From contig JBDRKI010000023.1 of assembly GCA_043814095.1 (NCBI GenBank), positions 10,392-74,391 on the forward strand: a DNA stretch of 64,000 nucleotides, written 5' to 3'. Made by a program: the position numbers and the translations under genes. The notes under the pieces were generated by a model. The model was given only the letters and a program-made list of their open reading frames with translations, had not been told where the DNA came from and did no database searches. Position 1 is the first letter of the stretch; the number at the start of each line of letters is the position of its first letter. Below, in pieces: positions 9,390-18,699 of the stretch. The stretch comes from Armatimonadota bacterium (lineage in GTDB: Bacteria > Vulcanimicrobiota > JACPDS01 > JBDRKI01).

Positions 9390-10922
9390 TTAATTCAGTA
9401 ATATTTTTGCCAGTTTAACCATTTCCGCGTTTGTCGGCATGACAATAATACCCGCATCTTCAAGAATTTTCTTTTGATCTGAATACTTCTGCGGGTCGTC
9501 TTCCGTGCCGCATACTTCAGCTAAGAAAGTTATGTGAATATTTTTTTTATTTGCTTCATCGCGTATCGTAGTTACCGCTTTTACAAGTTCGCCCGCAGGG
9601 TCCGGATGTGAGCCGTATCCAAGCATTACATCAAGAATAATAATGCGTATGTTATCCAAATCTTTATCAGCAAGCATTCTTTCATTTCTTGATACGGGAT
9701 CAATCATCGGGTGGGGTCGGCCTTGAGTGAATTCATCTTCCCCGAGATCAAGTACTGTATTTTCTATGGATTTTCCGCTGTCGGATAATTTGTATTTTTT
9801 ATCAAGCGGGATGTTTGAATAAATAGGGGAGAACCCGCTCAGCATAAGTATTGCTTCCTTGCAGACCGTACCTCCGGTATAAAAACCGCGCACATATTTC
9901 TGGCCTGATTTGTATTTCTCTTTTTCCTGTTTTATGATTTTTTCTGTATCAGTGTCAAAAGCTTTCTCCTGTATCCCGGATGATATGACACCGCATGCTT
10001 TTACGGCGGAATCGGCGAGAGTTTGTGCGTATATTGCGCCGGACGAGGCTATCTCGCCTTCGGGAGCGCCTATAAAATGAACAACAACCGGTTTAGAAGC
10101 GTTTTTTATCCTGTTTAATATTTTTCCGGCAACTTCTTTTTCCGGCGGTTTTGATATGAGGATTATTACGGAAGTATTATTATCGTTAAGAAGCATCTCA
10201 AGTCCGGCAAGCATTGTTATCCCGCCTACTTCGTTTGACAGGTCGCGCCCGCCCGTCCCTATTGCCTGTGATATGCCTTCTCCCAGTTTATGAACGCATA
10301 CTGATACTTCCTGGATCCCGGTGCCTGCTGCCCCGACTATGCCTACTTTCCCGCGCCTTACGAGGTTGGCAAATGCTAGGGGCTTTCCGTCTATTATGGC
10401 CGTACCGCAGTCGGGTCCCATAACCAGAAGTCTCTTTTCATCCGCGTACTGTTTTAAATTCTTTTCGTCTTCAATAGATACATTGTCGCTGAATATCATT
10501 ACATTTATGTTATTATCAAGGCATTTTCTGGCTTCCCTTGCCGCGTATTCACCGGGTATTGATATAAGGGCGAGGTTTGTATCCGGCTGGGACTTTAAAG
10601 CGCCCTCAAAAGTCGCGGGATTATATTCTTCGTCTTCCTCATCATCCGCGGATGATGTGAAGTGGTTGTTTATTACATCAAGCGCGGTTTTTATTAACGC
10701 TTCATTTTCAACACAGATTGCTATTACAAGGTCATTAACGCCGGCTCCTTCTATTTTTTTGTCTTTAAATCCCATATCTGCAAGGATTGATTTATTATGG
10801 TCTGTGCCCATGGAGACGCTCGCGCTTTTTACGCCTTTTGTATCAGTGAGCTTTCTTGATAAAAGCATTAAAGTAACCGAATCAAAATATGAGTTTTTCT
10901 TTATATCTATATAGGTATTCAT
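9390..10922 (-). CDS. fdrA: FdrA (SucD-like acyl-CoA synthetase fold), AllF-like subunit
   Basis: YFDSVTLM, FSDNVS, MGPDCGT, GTGGRDL, DLGEDEFTQGRPHPMIDP, GYGSHPDPA; start moved to ATG 10922 with RBS AAGGAG. Confidence 0.95.
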   Translation of the reverse strand: MNTYIDIKKNSYFDSVTLMLLSRKLTDTKGVKSASVSMGTDHNKSILADMGFKDKKIEGAGVNDLVIAICVENEALIKTALDVINNHFTSSADDEEDEEYNPATFEGALKSQPDTNLALISIPGEYAAREARKCLDNNINVMIFSDNVSIEDEKNLKQYADEKRLLVMGPDCGTAIIDGKPLAFANLVRRGKVGIVGAAGTGIQEVSVCVHKLGEGISQAIGTGGRDLSNEVGGITMLAGLEMLLNDNNTSVIILISKPPEKEVAGKILNRIKNASKPVVVHFIGAPEGEIASSGAIYAQTLADSAVKACGVISSGIQEKAFDTDTEKIIKQEKEKYKSGQKYVRGFYTGGTVCKEAILMLSGFSPIYSNIPLDKKYKLSDSGKSIENTVLDLGEDEFTQGRPHPMIDPVSRNERMLADKDLDNIRIIILDVMLGYGSHPDPAGELVKAVTTIRDEANKKNIHITFLAEVCGTEDDPQKYSDQKKILEDAGIIVMPTNAEMVKLAKILLN

Positions 10923-10992
10923 AAGAATTCTCCTTAAGTCATTATGCCGTAAAAAGATTATAACCTTATTCTTTGACTGTTTCAAGGCAGGA

Positions 10993-11033
10993 ATAATAAA
11001 AGACCTTTTTTATCAATAAAGGTCTTTTATTAT
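10993..11033. terminator. Hairpin/terminator between membrane-protein gene and fdrA
   Basis: ATAATAAAAGACCTTT...AAAGGTCTTTTATTAT inverted repeat. Confidence 0.6.
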
Positions 11034-11064
11034 ACATTTGATATAATTTATGACAATGATTTAA

Positions 11065-11670
11065 TTATGATTCTTTTATAACAGAAACTTCTTCTTCCTT
11101 CACATTAACCGCTTTAGGAGCTTTTACATCTTCATACATAAGCACTATGGCCGTTATTGCTATCGGCATTGTCACAAGCATGCCTATCCCGAAAAACAAT
11201 GCGCCGGCCGTTAAGATTATTCCCGCAAGAAGGGCAAATACGATATATTTCAGCCAGTCAGTCGCGGCAATATCCTTGCTCTTCATCATTGCTTCCCAGA
11301 AGTCTTTCTCCCCGTCAAGGATTATAAGGTAGGTAAAGAGGAAAGCACCGATAACTATAAGCCCCGGGATTACAAGAAGAAGAAGCCCCAGCGCGGTTAA
11401 TAAGGTTATAACTATGCCCGCAAGCAGGGAAGGTATTATTAATTCGGTTTTCTTAAATACAATAAACAGGTCGCCGACTTCCGCAGTGCCTTCGGTAATT
11501 TTTCTTTTTACGAAGTAATAATAACCTATCAGGAAAAGTCCCGATACAAAACCGCCGATCCATATAATGCTGAGAAGGGCGGTTACAGCAAGGTAAACCA
11601 GAGTGGCCAGTATATATCCTCCCCAGTCTTTCCCGACCTCGGTTAAAGCTTCTCCGAAATATTTTGTCAT
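11065..11670 (-). CDS. Integral membrane protein (DUF975-like)
   Basis: Several TM helices; GLLLLVIPG and EAMMKSK patterns. Confidence 0.7.
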   Translation of the reverse strand: MTKYFGEALTEVGKDWGGYILATLVYLAVTALLSIIWIGGFVSGLFLIGYYYFVKRKITEGTAEVGDLFIVFKKTELIIPSLLAGIVITLLTALGLLLLVIPGLIVIGAFLFTYLIILDGEKDFWEAMMKSKDIAATDWLKYIVFALLAGIILTAGALFFGIGMLVTMPIAITAIVLMYEDVKAPKAVNVKEEEVSVIKES

Positions 11671-11777
11671 AATAACCTCCGTATTGTTTATCCGTAAAAA
11701 GCCGCATTTTCTCCGGATTTTAATTTATTCTACAATAGTATACGATTTGCCTTTATAAAAGTTTCAAATTATAAATT

Positions 11778-12206
11778 TTATTTCATGCCTATAAGAATAA
11801 CTCCCAAGGAAGTAAAAATAAGGCCGGTTATGTTAACTAATGTAACCGGTTCTTTTAATAGTATGGTTCCTAGCACATATCCGAGTACAGGTGTTAATCC
11901 GAACGCTATGGGGATTACCCGGCTTAAGTGGCCCGTGCTTATACCCATGTAAAAGCAGAGCATCCCGAAAGATCCGGCTATTACCCCGCCTCCTATTATG
12001 ATATAAAGAAGGGGTTTTATGCCGCAGCTTGACACAGATCCCCATTTTGTGAAGCTGAACAAGCTTAATACGATAAGGGCTATAAATGTACGCATTGTAA
12101 TACCTGCCACAGGCGGGATACCCCCCATATTAAGCCCCTTCTTTTCAAAAAAGCCGCCCACACTCCAGAGGACGGCCGTAAGAATTGCCAGAGTTACTGC
12201 TTTCAT
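11778..12206 (-). CDS. EamA/DMT family small transporter
   Basis: 142 aa, ~5 TM, LLKEPVT motif. Confidence 0.85.
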   Translation of the reverse strand: MKAVTLAILTAVLWSVGGFFEKKGLNMGGIPPVAGITMRTFIALIVLSLFSFTKWGSVSSCGIKPLLYIIIGGGVIAGSFGMLCFYMGISTGHLSRVIPIAFGLTPVLGYVLGTILLKEPVTLVNITGLIFTSLGVILIGMK

Positions 12207-12208
12207 TT

Positions 12209-13042
12209 TTATTCTCCCGAAAATAAGTTAAACATAAAATCCACGCCGCATAGAAAATCTTTGCTTGATGTGTGGCCGTAATTTATGTTTTCAAGTTCTT
12301 CTTCTTTTAACGGTATATCGCTTGCCAGTTTTTCAAAAAGGATAAACTGCCAGTCGCTTACATATCCCATCATCGCCAGGACAATATAATACCACGATAT
12401 CCTGCCGGTTTTTTTGTAAATAACCCGCGCTGTTTTTAAAAACGGCGGGTTCCATATTTTTTCTGTCCTGCCGGCTTCAATAAGAAGCTTCATCACAAGT
12501 ATCGTCCCGCATATAAAATCATCAGTTGAAGGGGTAAGGCCTTCCCCGAGGCCGGCTATATCTGTCAGATTTTCATAGAATTTGCCGGGGTTATTTTTTT
12601 TCCACGCTTTTTCCATTTTTTCTATATTTATTTTTATAAGGTCAAGATACGCAAAATCGGTTTTTTTAACATAAGAGTTAAGCGCGGAAATATTTTGTTT
12701 GTTTAAAGGGTCAAATTTAATATCATTAATTTTTTTTGAAGAATGGTCAATTGGATTAAGGTAAATCATTTTGTCGTCGGAGTAACATCTCCCGCGCTGT
12801 ATATGAAAATATTTTTTTTCTTTAAAAAAATCCGGCATCCTGTAAGGGAATACGGCTGTTACCGGGTTGCACTGTTCGTTTGTTCCGGCAAGCAGGGTAA
12901 CTATTTTAGAATTATTTAAGGAAACATAAGCGGTCCTGTGCGAACGCGATATGATTTCACAGCTGTACCTGCGCGGATCAAAGAAAAGTTTTCTAATGTG
13001 TCTGTCTACAACTATATCAACCGGTTGATGCATAGTACACAA
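12209..13042 (-). CDS. ylbF: DUF2877/YlbF protein, AllH-like subunit
   Basis: GLGEGLTPSTDDFICG and YGHTSSKDFLCG motifs. Confidence 0.85.
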   Translation of the reverse strand: MCTMHQPVDIVVDRHIRKLFFDPRRYSCEIISRSHRTAYVSLNNSKIVTLLAGTNEQCNPVTAVFPYRMPDFFKEKKYFHIQRGRCYSDDKMIYLNPIDHSSKKINDIKFDPLNKQNISALNSYVKKTDFAYLDLIKINIEKMEKAWKKNNPGKFYENLTDIAGLGEGLTPSTDDFICGTILVMKLLIEAGRTEKIWNPPFLKTARVIYKKTGRISWYYIVLAMMGYVSDWQFILFEKLASDIPLKEEELENINYGHTSSKDFLCGVDFMFNLFSGE

Positions 13043-13045
13043 TCC

Positions 13046-15436
13046 TTATTTATTTTTTTTTAATGCTTCAAGTCCTTTGAGTATTTTTTCCGCCGTAACG
13101 GGGAGATCTTTTATCCTTACCCCCGTCGCATTATATACCGCGTTGGCTATTGCGGCAGGTGTCGGTATCATTGTATGTTCGCCGACGCCTCTTGCGCCGT
13201 AGGGCCCGTCGAGCTGCGCGGTCTCCACGAAGGTTGCTATCATCTCTTCAGGCATATCTTTGGATGTGGGTATCTTGTAATCAACAAAGGACTGATTTAA
13301 GACCCTGCCTGTTTTCTCATCCAGATGGAGCTGCTCCATAATGCCCGCGCCCATGCCCTGCACGATGCCTCCGTATGCCTGACCGAGCGCTCCCTGCGGG
13401 TTTATTACCTTGCCTATATCATATGTGCAGGCAACTTTAAAAATTGTAATCCTGCCGGTATCCGGGTCTACGGAAAGATCCACTGCCTGGCCTCCGAAAG
13501 TCCAGTTTGCGACCGGTTTAGGGGACTGTCCTGTTTCCGGATCGCAGTTTATGCACCCTTGAGCCGTAAAGTATCCTCTGCCGGCAACAGCCCCGCCTAT
13601 TGTATGGCCGTCAGGGTACTGGTATCCCATGCAGATATCCTTAATGTCTATCTTTTTGGACTTATCTGTTTTTGAAATTATATATCCGTCCTTTATTTCT
13701 AAATCAGAAAGTGATCTCTGCAGGGCCTCTTTGGCTATAGTGAATAATTGTTTTTTTGCATCTTCACAGGCCTTCTTCACTGCATTCCCGCAGGAGAATG
13801 TCAATCTGCTTGCGACTGTCTGCCATTCATATGGCGAGTAATCCGTATCAGGCAGTGCTATGACAGCGACTTTTTCAACAGGGATGCCCAGTTCTTCTGC
13901 GGCAATCTGAGCCATCGCGGTCATAACGCCCTGGCCGATCTCCATGCCGCTGAACATAAGCTCTATCCCCCCGTCTTCGTTGAATTTTAACATGGCGGCC
14001 GAAGTTGCATTATTAGGCATGGCAGGGGCTTTCTGCGCCAGAGCAAATCCTACCGCCCTGTATTTTGGTCTTTCCTTATAGTAGTCTATATTTTTTGTAA
14101 CTTCATTGATACATTTTTCTATATCACCGGTATTTTTTGTTACATACTGGCCTGTTGCCGTATGGGATCCTTCTCTTAATATATTTTTCTTTCTGAATTC
14201 TACCGGATCAAATCCTAAATCCCGGGCCATCATATCCATATGCTGTTCAATGCCCCAGTGGATTTCGCTCATCCCGAACCCGCGGAAAGCGCTCCCGACA
14301 GGTCTGTTGGTGTATACTCCTATTGAATCTCCCTTAAGGTTGTCTATATTATAGGGGCCGCATAATGAATAGCCGGCCGCCCTTACTATATTAACACCGT
14401 ATCCGGCGTATGCGCCGCAGTCCCAGATATACTCGTTTTCCTGCGCTATGATTCTTCCGTCTTTTGTAATGCCGGATTTTATCCTTATGTGGCATGCCTG
14501 TCTTACTACAACAGCGTGCATCTCTTCTTCTCTTGTGAGTATGAGTTTTACAGGGAGCCCCGTGCATTTCATGGAGAGAGCCACGGCTATGGGTTCTATG
14601 TTAATACCTGCCTTACATCCGAACCCCCCGCCTACGAAGGGAGCTATTACTCTGAAATCGTTTATTTTTTTACCGAAACAGTGTGAGAGAAGATATCTTA
14701 CGGTAAAAGGCGACTGGCATGAAGACCATACGGTTGTTTTCCCCGCGTGGTCTGTTACCGCTATAGACCCGTGAGTCTCCATGGGTACATGCTGTATCTG
14801 CGGAACATAGAATCTGTTTTCAATTATATGGTCAGCTTCTTTAAACGCTTTTTTAGGATCGCCCTTCCTTATTTTAAAGTGATTCGCGATATTGGTATGG
14901 GGAACGGGGTTTATTGCGCTTACGTGAAAATATTTATGAAGCTCGGGATGAACAAGCGGCGCGCCTTTTTTCATTCCCTGTATGGGATCAAAGTTCGGTT
15001 TAAGTTTTTTGTATTTCACTTTTATAAGGGAGAGGGCTCGCTCCGCTATCTCTTCGGTTTCGGCCGCGACTGCCGCGACCGGCTCGCCCACATAACGCAC
15101 TTTTTCCATGGCGAATATGTACTGGTCAACATGGTATATGCCCACATTATACGGGTAATCTTTTCCTGTTATAACTGCCTTTACCCCGGGAAGCTTTTCC
15201 GCTTCGGTTGTGTCTATTTCTATCATAGCGTGGGGTTCAGCGCTTCTTAAAACTTTCGCTATTAATGTGCCTGAAAGCTGGATATCATCAACATATTTTG
15301 CGGCGCCAGTTACTTTCGCGAGGGCGTCTACACGCGCGGTTTTTTTGCCTATAACATTATATTCTTCTTTTTCTATGTCCATAGATTCTATCTGGTTGAA
15401 TATTTCGGTCTGTGTCATAACTTCAGCGTTTTTCAT
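13046..15436 (-). CDS. Xanthine dehydrogenase-family Mo-hydroxylase, molybdopterin-binding large subunit
   Basis: KVTGAAKY, QHVPMETH, VGGGFGCK, AFRGFG, EIGQG, GPYGARGVGE, PAAIANAV. Confidence 0.95.
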   Translation of the reverse strand: MKNAEVMTQTEIFNQIESMDIEKEEYNVIGKKTARVDALAKVTGAAKYVDDIQLSGTLIAKVLRSAEPHAMIEIDTTEAEKLPGVKAVITGKDYPYNVGIYHVDQYIFAMEKVRYVGEPVAAVAAETEEIAERALSLIKVKYKKLKPNFDPIQGMKKGAPLVHPELHKYFHVSAINPVPHTNIANHFKIRKGDPKKAFKEADHIIENRFYVPQIQHVPMETHGSIAVTDHAGKTTVWSSCQSPFTVRYLLSHCFGKKINDFRVIAPFVGGGFGCKAGINIEPIAVALSMKCTGLPVKLILTREEEMHAVVVRQACHIRIKSGITKDGRIIAQENEYIWDCGAYAGYGVNIVRAAGYSLCGPYNIDNLKGDSIGVYTNRPVGSAFRGFGMSEIHWGIEQHMDMMARDLGFDPVEFRKKNILREGSHTATGQYVTKNTGDIEKCINEVTKNIDYYKERPKYRAVGFALAQKAPAMPNNATSAAMLKFNEDGGIELMFSGMEIGQGVMTAMAQIAAEELGIPVEKVAVIALPDTDYSPYEWQTVASRLTFSCGNAVKKACEDAKKQLFTIAKEALQRSLSDLEIKDGYIISKTDKSKKIDIKDICMGYQYPDGHTIGGAVAGRGYFTAQGCINCDPETGQSPKPVANWTFGGQAVDLSVDPDTGRITIFKVACTYDIGKVINPQGALGQAYGGIVQGMGAGIMEQLHLDEKTGRVLNQSFVDYKIPTSKDMPEEMIATFVETAQLDGPYGARGVGEHTMIPTPAAIANAVYNATGVRIKDLPVTAEKILKGLEALKKNK

Positions 15437-15451
15437 ATTTACCTCCGCGTA

Positions 15452-15919
15452 TTACACATTCACGTTTATACTGTCTCTTATGGCTTCAATAATTTGTTTG
15501 TAACCTGTGCACCTGCATAAATTACCAGCAATAGCTTCTTTTATATCTTCATCTGACGCTTCCGGGTTTTTCATTAAGAGTGCTTTCGCGCTCATAAGCA
15601 TCCCGGGGGTGCAGAACCCGCACTGTATGGCGTTATGTTCTATGAATTTTTTCTGTAAGGGGTCAAGCTCCCCGTCTTTCGGGAGCCCCTCAACGGTTAT
15701 GATATCCGCACCGTCTGCTTCAACTGCCAGCATTAAACAGGAATTAACGGCTTTCCCGTTTACTATGACGGTGCATGCTCCGCATTCGCCTTCACCGCAT
15801 CCTTCTTTTGTGCCTGTGAGATAGAGTACTTCCCTTAAGAATTTTAATAAGGTCATGGAGTTGTCAGAAATCTGTTTTGTTTCCTTTTTACCGTTTATCG
15901 TAAAGGTTATGGTTTTCAT
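15452..15919 (-). CDS. Mo-hydroxylase 2Fe-2S small subunit (CoxS/XdhC-like)
   Basis: GCGEGECGACTV, QCGFCTPG, NLCRCTGY. Confidence 0.96.
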   Translation of the reverse strand: MKTITFTINGKKETKQISDNSMTLLKFLREVLYLTGTKEGCGEGECGACTVIVNGKAVNSCLMLAVEADGADIITVEGLPKDGELDPLQKKFIEHNAIQCGFCTPGMLMSAKALLMKNPEASDEDIKEAIAGNLCRCTGYKQIIEAIRDSINVNV

Positions 15920-15930
15920 AATCCACCTCG

Positions 15931-16167
15931 TTAATTTTTTAAAAGCCGTTCCAGTGTCTCTGGTGTAATATCGATATCTCTTAGAATTTTTCTGAGAAGG
16001 CCCCGGCCTATGGTTTTTCCTTTGTGAACGGGTATGGTTGTTATTCTTCCGTCGGGATGATGGTATCTCCAGTGACTTCCTCTGGATTTTCTTGTATTTT
16101 TAAAACCGAGTTTTTCAATAATAACTATTAATTTCTCAGGTTTTAAAACAGGTAATTTTTTACTCAT
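15931..16167 (-). CDS. hicA: HicA family mRNA interferase toxin
   Basis: GF...RGSHW..HPDGR.TTIPVH...GLLRKILR. Confidence 0.93.
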   Translation of the reverse strand: MSKKLPVLKPEKLIVIIEKLGFKNTRKSRGSHWRYHHPDGRITTIPVHKGKTIGRGLLRKILRDIDITPETLERLLKN

Positions 16168-16397
16168 ACGGCTATCTCCAGATATTTAACTCCTATAATT
16201 TCGGGATACCGCAAATTAATAACCTTTTTAGATTGTTCGACTTCTTCCAAACAAATTTTAATCACATCTTTTATATTTTTCATAGCTTCTTCAAAAGTAT
16301 CGCCTTGAGAATAACAACCTTCCAAACTCGGACAGGAAACTATATATTTCCCGTCTTCATCCATTTCCACCAAAACCGGTACATTGTATTTTTTCAT
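16164..16397 (-). CDS. hicB: HicB family antitoxin (short form, no DNA-binding domain)
   Basis: EDGKYIVSCPSLEGCYSQGDTFEEAMKNIKD; ATGA overlap with hicA. Confidence 0.93.
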   Translation of the reverse strand: MKKYNVPVLVEMDEDGKYIVSCPSLEGCYSQGDTFEEAMKNIKDVIKICLEEVEQSKKVINLRYPEIIGVKYLEIAV

Positions 16398-16408
16398 AAT
16401 CCACCTCG

Positions 16409-17245
16409 TTAATTTTTTAGCTCATTTACCGCTTTTATAAATAGTTCTTTGGCAATTTTACATCTGAAATCAGCCGAGCCTCTTAAATCCGATATGGGTT
16501 TAAGAGGGAGGAGTTCCGCCGCTTTTGTAATTGATTTTAGATCCAGGCCGTGTTTTGCAAGGTGTTTCTCGCTGTTTTTGGCCCTTGCGGTTATGGCCGC
16601 GCATGCTCCCACTGCAGCTCTTATACCGGGTTTTGATTTGTGGCTTACAAATGCCACAGCAATATTTACCGTTGAAAGATCAACTGCTTTTCTTCTTGAG
16701 AATTTATAGAATATGCTTTTAACGCCTTCCGGCTTAGGTATTGTTACCGATTCTACAAATTCATCCGGCTTAAGTACGGTCTGTCCGGGGCCTTTAAAGA
16801 ATTTATGTATAGATATGCTCTTTTTTCTGCCGCCTGATATTATATTAAGCTTAGCGTCATAAATTAGGAGTGCAGGGAGGGTATCTGCCGCGGGGGACGC
16901 GTTGCAGATATTTCCCGCAAGAGTTGCCCTGTTTCTTATCTGGTATGAACCGACCTCCCTTGCGCCCTGTGTAAGGGAAGGATAATATTCATTTATAATA
17001 TTATTTTCAGCCAGCTGGTTTAAGCTGACTCCTGCGCCTATTGTAATATCTTTTTTGGATTCAACAATAGAATTTATACCTTTAATATTCTTAATATCTA
17101 TTACGCATGAGGGTTTTATTGTTTTATGGCGCAGTTTAACGAAAAGATCTGTGCCGCCCCCCAAAAGATATGTATCTTTTTTATTTTTCTTGAGGAGTTT
17201 TTTAAGTTCGGCCGTGCTTGAAGGTCTATAGTATTCAAAATTCAT
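16409..17245 (-). CDS. Mo-hydroxylase FAD-binding medium subunit (CoxM/XdhB-like)
   Basis: GGGTDL, QIRNRATLAGNICNASPAADT, PISDLRGSADFR. Confidence 0.95.
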   Translation of the reverse strand: MNFEYYRPSSTAELKKLLKKNKKDTYLLGGGTDLFVKLRHKTIKPSCVIDIKNIKGINSIVESKKDITIGAGVSLNQLAENNIINEYYPSLTQGAREVGSYQIRNRATLAGNICNASPAADTLPALLIYDAKLNIISGGRKKSISIHKFFKGPGQTVLKPDEFVESVTIPKPEGVKSIFYKFSRRKAVDLSTVNIAVAFVSHKSKPGIRAAVGACAAITARAKNSEKHLAKHGLDLKSITKAAELLPLKPISDLRGSADFRCKIAKELFIKAVNELKN

Positions 17246-17288
17246 AATAACCTCCGGATTATGGACTAATTACCTATATAATAAGCAA

Positions 17289-17317
17289 ATTCTAACAAAA
17301 TTAATAATAAAAGTCAA
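17289..17317 (-). promoter_or_regulatory. Sigma70-type promoter of the Mo-hydroxylase operon
   Basis: Minus strand TTGACT-17nt-TAGAAT. Confidence 0.65.
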
Positions 17318-17357
17318 AGCAAGTTAAGTTATATAAATTCAAATAAATTGATAAGAA

Positions 17358-18683
17358 TTAAACCGTATTTGCTTTAACTGTCTTACTTTTCAATATATTC
17401 TTGCTTACCGTAAACCATATTAATATTCCTATAAGGAATATGGATAAGAATAAGTGTAGATACTTAAAGTTATATTTATATAATCCAACTCCCAGCACTG
17501 TAAAGGGAAGAATAGAAGCTATTATTGCACCTGTCCAGCCTCCTGGTACTTTTACAAGTCTTTCTTTATCAGGGTGTGTTACCCGCAGCTTTAAAAATGT
17601 TATTACTTCAAAAAGAAGCATGACTGCATATAGGAATATATCAATCTCGATAAGGCCCGCGAAGGGAAATATACAGAAAACACATACCATACCGCTGCAT
17701 ATAAGAAGGGAGAGCCAGGGTACCCTGTTTTTTCTTATCCTGAAAGCAAAGAATTTAGGCAGAAACCTGTGAAATGCAAGTGAATAAGGGATTCTTGATG
17801 TATATAATAATATGGTGGAGATCTGGTTTACAATCCCGAAAAGGATTGCCACCAGTATAATAAGGCCGAGTCCGGGCCCTCCTATTGATTTTGCTATAAG
17901 GGGGAAATAACCGCTTGTCCAGCTCTGCCAGCTGCTTGTCGCGCAGAGGCAGGCGTAAACGGTAACGGTATATATTAATGCTATGAGAGGTATATTTATT
18001 AATATAGCTCTGGGGAAATTTTTAGCTGGATTTACAACTTCGGGCATACACGGAGAAAAATCCTCCCACCCGTTGTAATTCCACATTATTATGAAAACCC
18101 CGATCCCCAGGCATCCCGCTAATTCCTTGCCCGGGATAATAAAGGGCGTAAAAGGAAGAAGTGTTTTTGCTTTTAAAAACGCCATGATTATAAGTACGAT
18201 GAAGGGTACCAAAGTAATTATTGTCATTGTAAGGGCGCCGAACCCCACAGCTTTGATGCCCAGCATATTTAAAACCGTAAAAACAGCGACTATAGCTATG
18301 CATATAAGGATACGCTGTTTAGAAGTCATGTCCGGCATGAAATACATAAGGTAATCCGCGAATAAAACTGGATAAAGCGCTGTATCAACAATATTTCTTA
18401 TCCATGAAAGCCATCCTACCTGGAAAGACCAGAATGACCCGCAGGAATGTTTTATCCATGTGATATACCCGCCTTTTTGCGGGAAGGCGGAAGAAATCTC
18501 AGCTGTTATGAAAGAAATGGGCAGGCTCCATAAAAGAGGTATAAGCAGGAGCAGCAGGATTACAAGTCCGGGTCCTGTCGTGGATACGGCCTGTTCAAGC
18601 CCGTATGGGCCGCCTGCTACTATTGAGAAAACGACGACAACGAGCGTGAACAGACCTATTTTTTTTCTAAAAGCTTCTTTCAA
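17358..18683 (-). CDS. APC-superfamily amino acid/polyamine permease
   Basis: GGPYGLE, AEISSAFP..GG, WNYNGWE; ~12 TM. Confidence 0.88.
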   Translation of the reverse strand: MKEAFRKKIGLFTLVVVVFSIVAGGPYGLEQAVSTTGPGLVILLLLLIPLLWSLPISFITAEISSAFPQKGGYITWIKHSCGSFWSFQVGWLSWIRNIVDTALYPVLFADYLMYFMPDMTSKQRILICIAIVAVFTVLNMLGIKAVGFGALTMTIITLVPFIVLIIMAFLKAKTLLPFTPFIIPGKELAGCLGIGVFIIMWNYNGWEDFSPCMPEVVNPAKNFPRAILINIPLIALIYTVTVYACLCATSSWQSWTSGYFPLIAKSIGGPGLGLIILVAILFGIVNQISTILLYTSRIPYSLAFHRFLPKFFAFRIRKNRVPWLSLLICSGMVCVFCIFPFAGLIEIDIFLYAVMLLFEVITFLKLRVTHPDKERLVKVPGGWTGAIIASILPFTVLGVGLYKYNFKYLHLFLSIFLIGILIWFTVSKNILKSKTVKANTV

Positions 18684-18699
18684 TAAGGTTTCCTAAAAA

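Larger units (their letters stand above)
15913..16419. repeat. Exact 29-bp direct repeat flanking hicBA
   Basis: TTTTCATAATCCACCTCGTTAATTTTTTA at 15913-15941 and 16391-16419. Confidence 0.95.

Noticed and set aside
13046-15436. Aerobic CO dehydrogenase (CoxL) assignment
   Set aside because: Active-site loop is AFRGFG, not the AYxCSFR of form I CO dehydrogenase
11667-17256. Shared 15-mer TCATAATAACCTCCG at the starts of two genes
   Set aside because: It is only RBS + spacer + ATG (CGGAGGTTATTATGA); similar strings precede other genes, so it is not evidence of an insertion
17246-17357. Purine or Moco riboswitch ahead of the Mo-hydroxylase operon
   Set aside because: The leader is short and AT-rich with no aptamer-like structure
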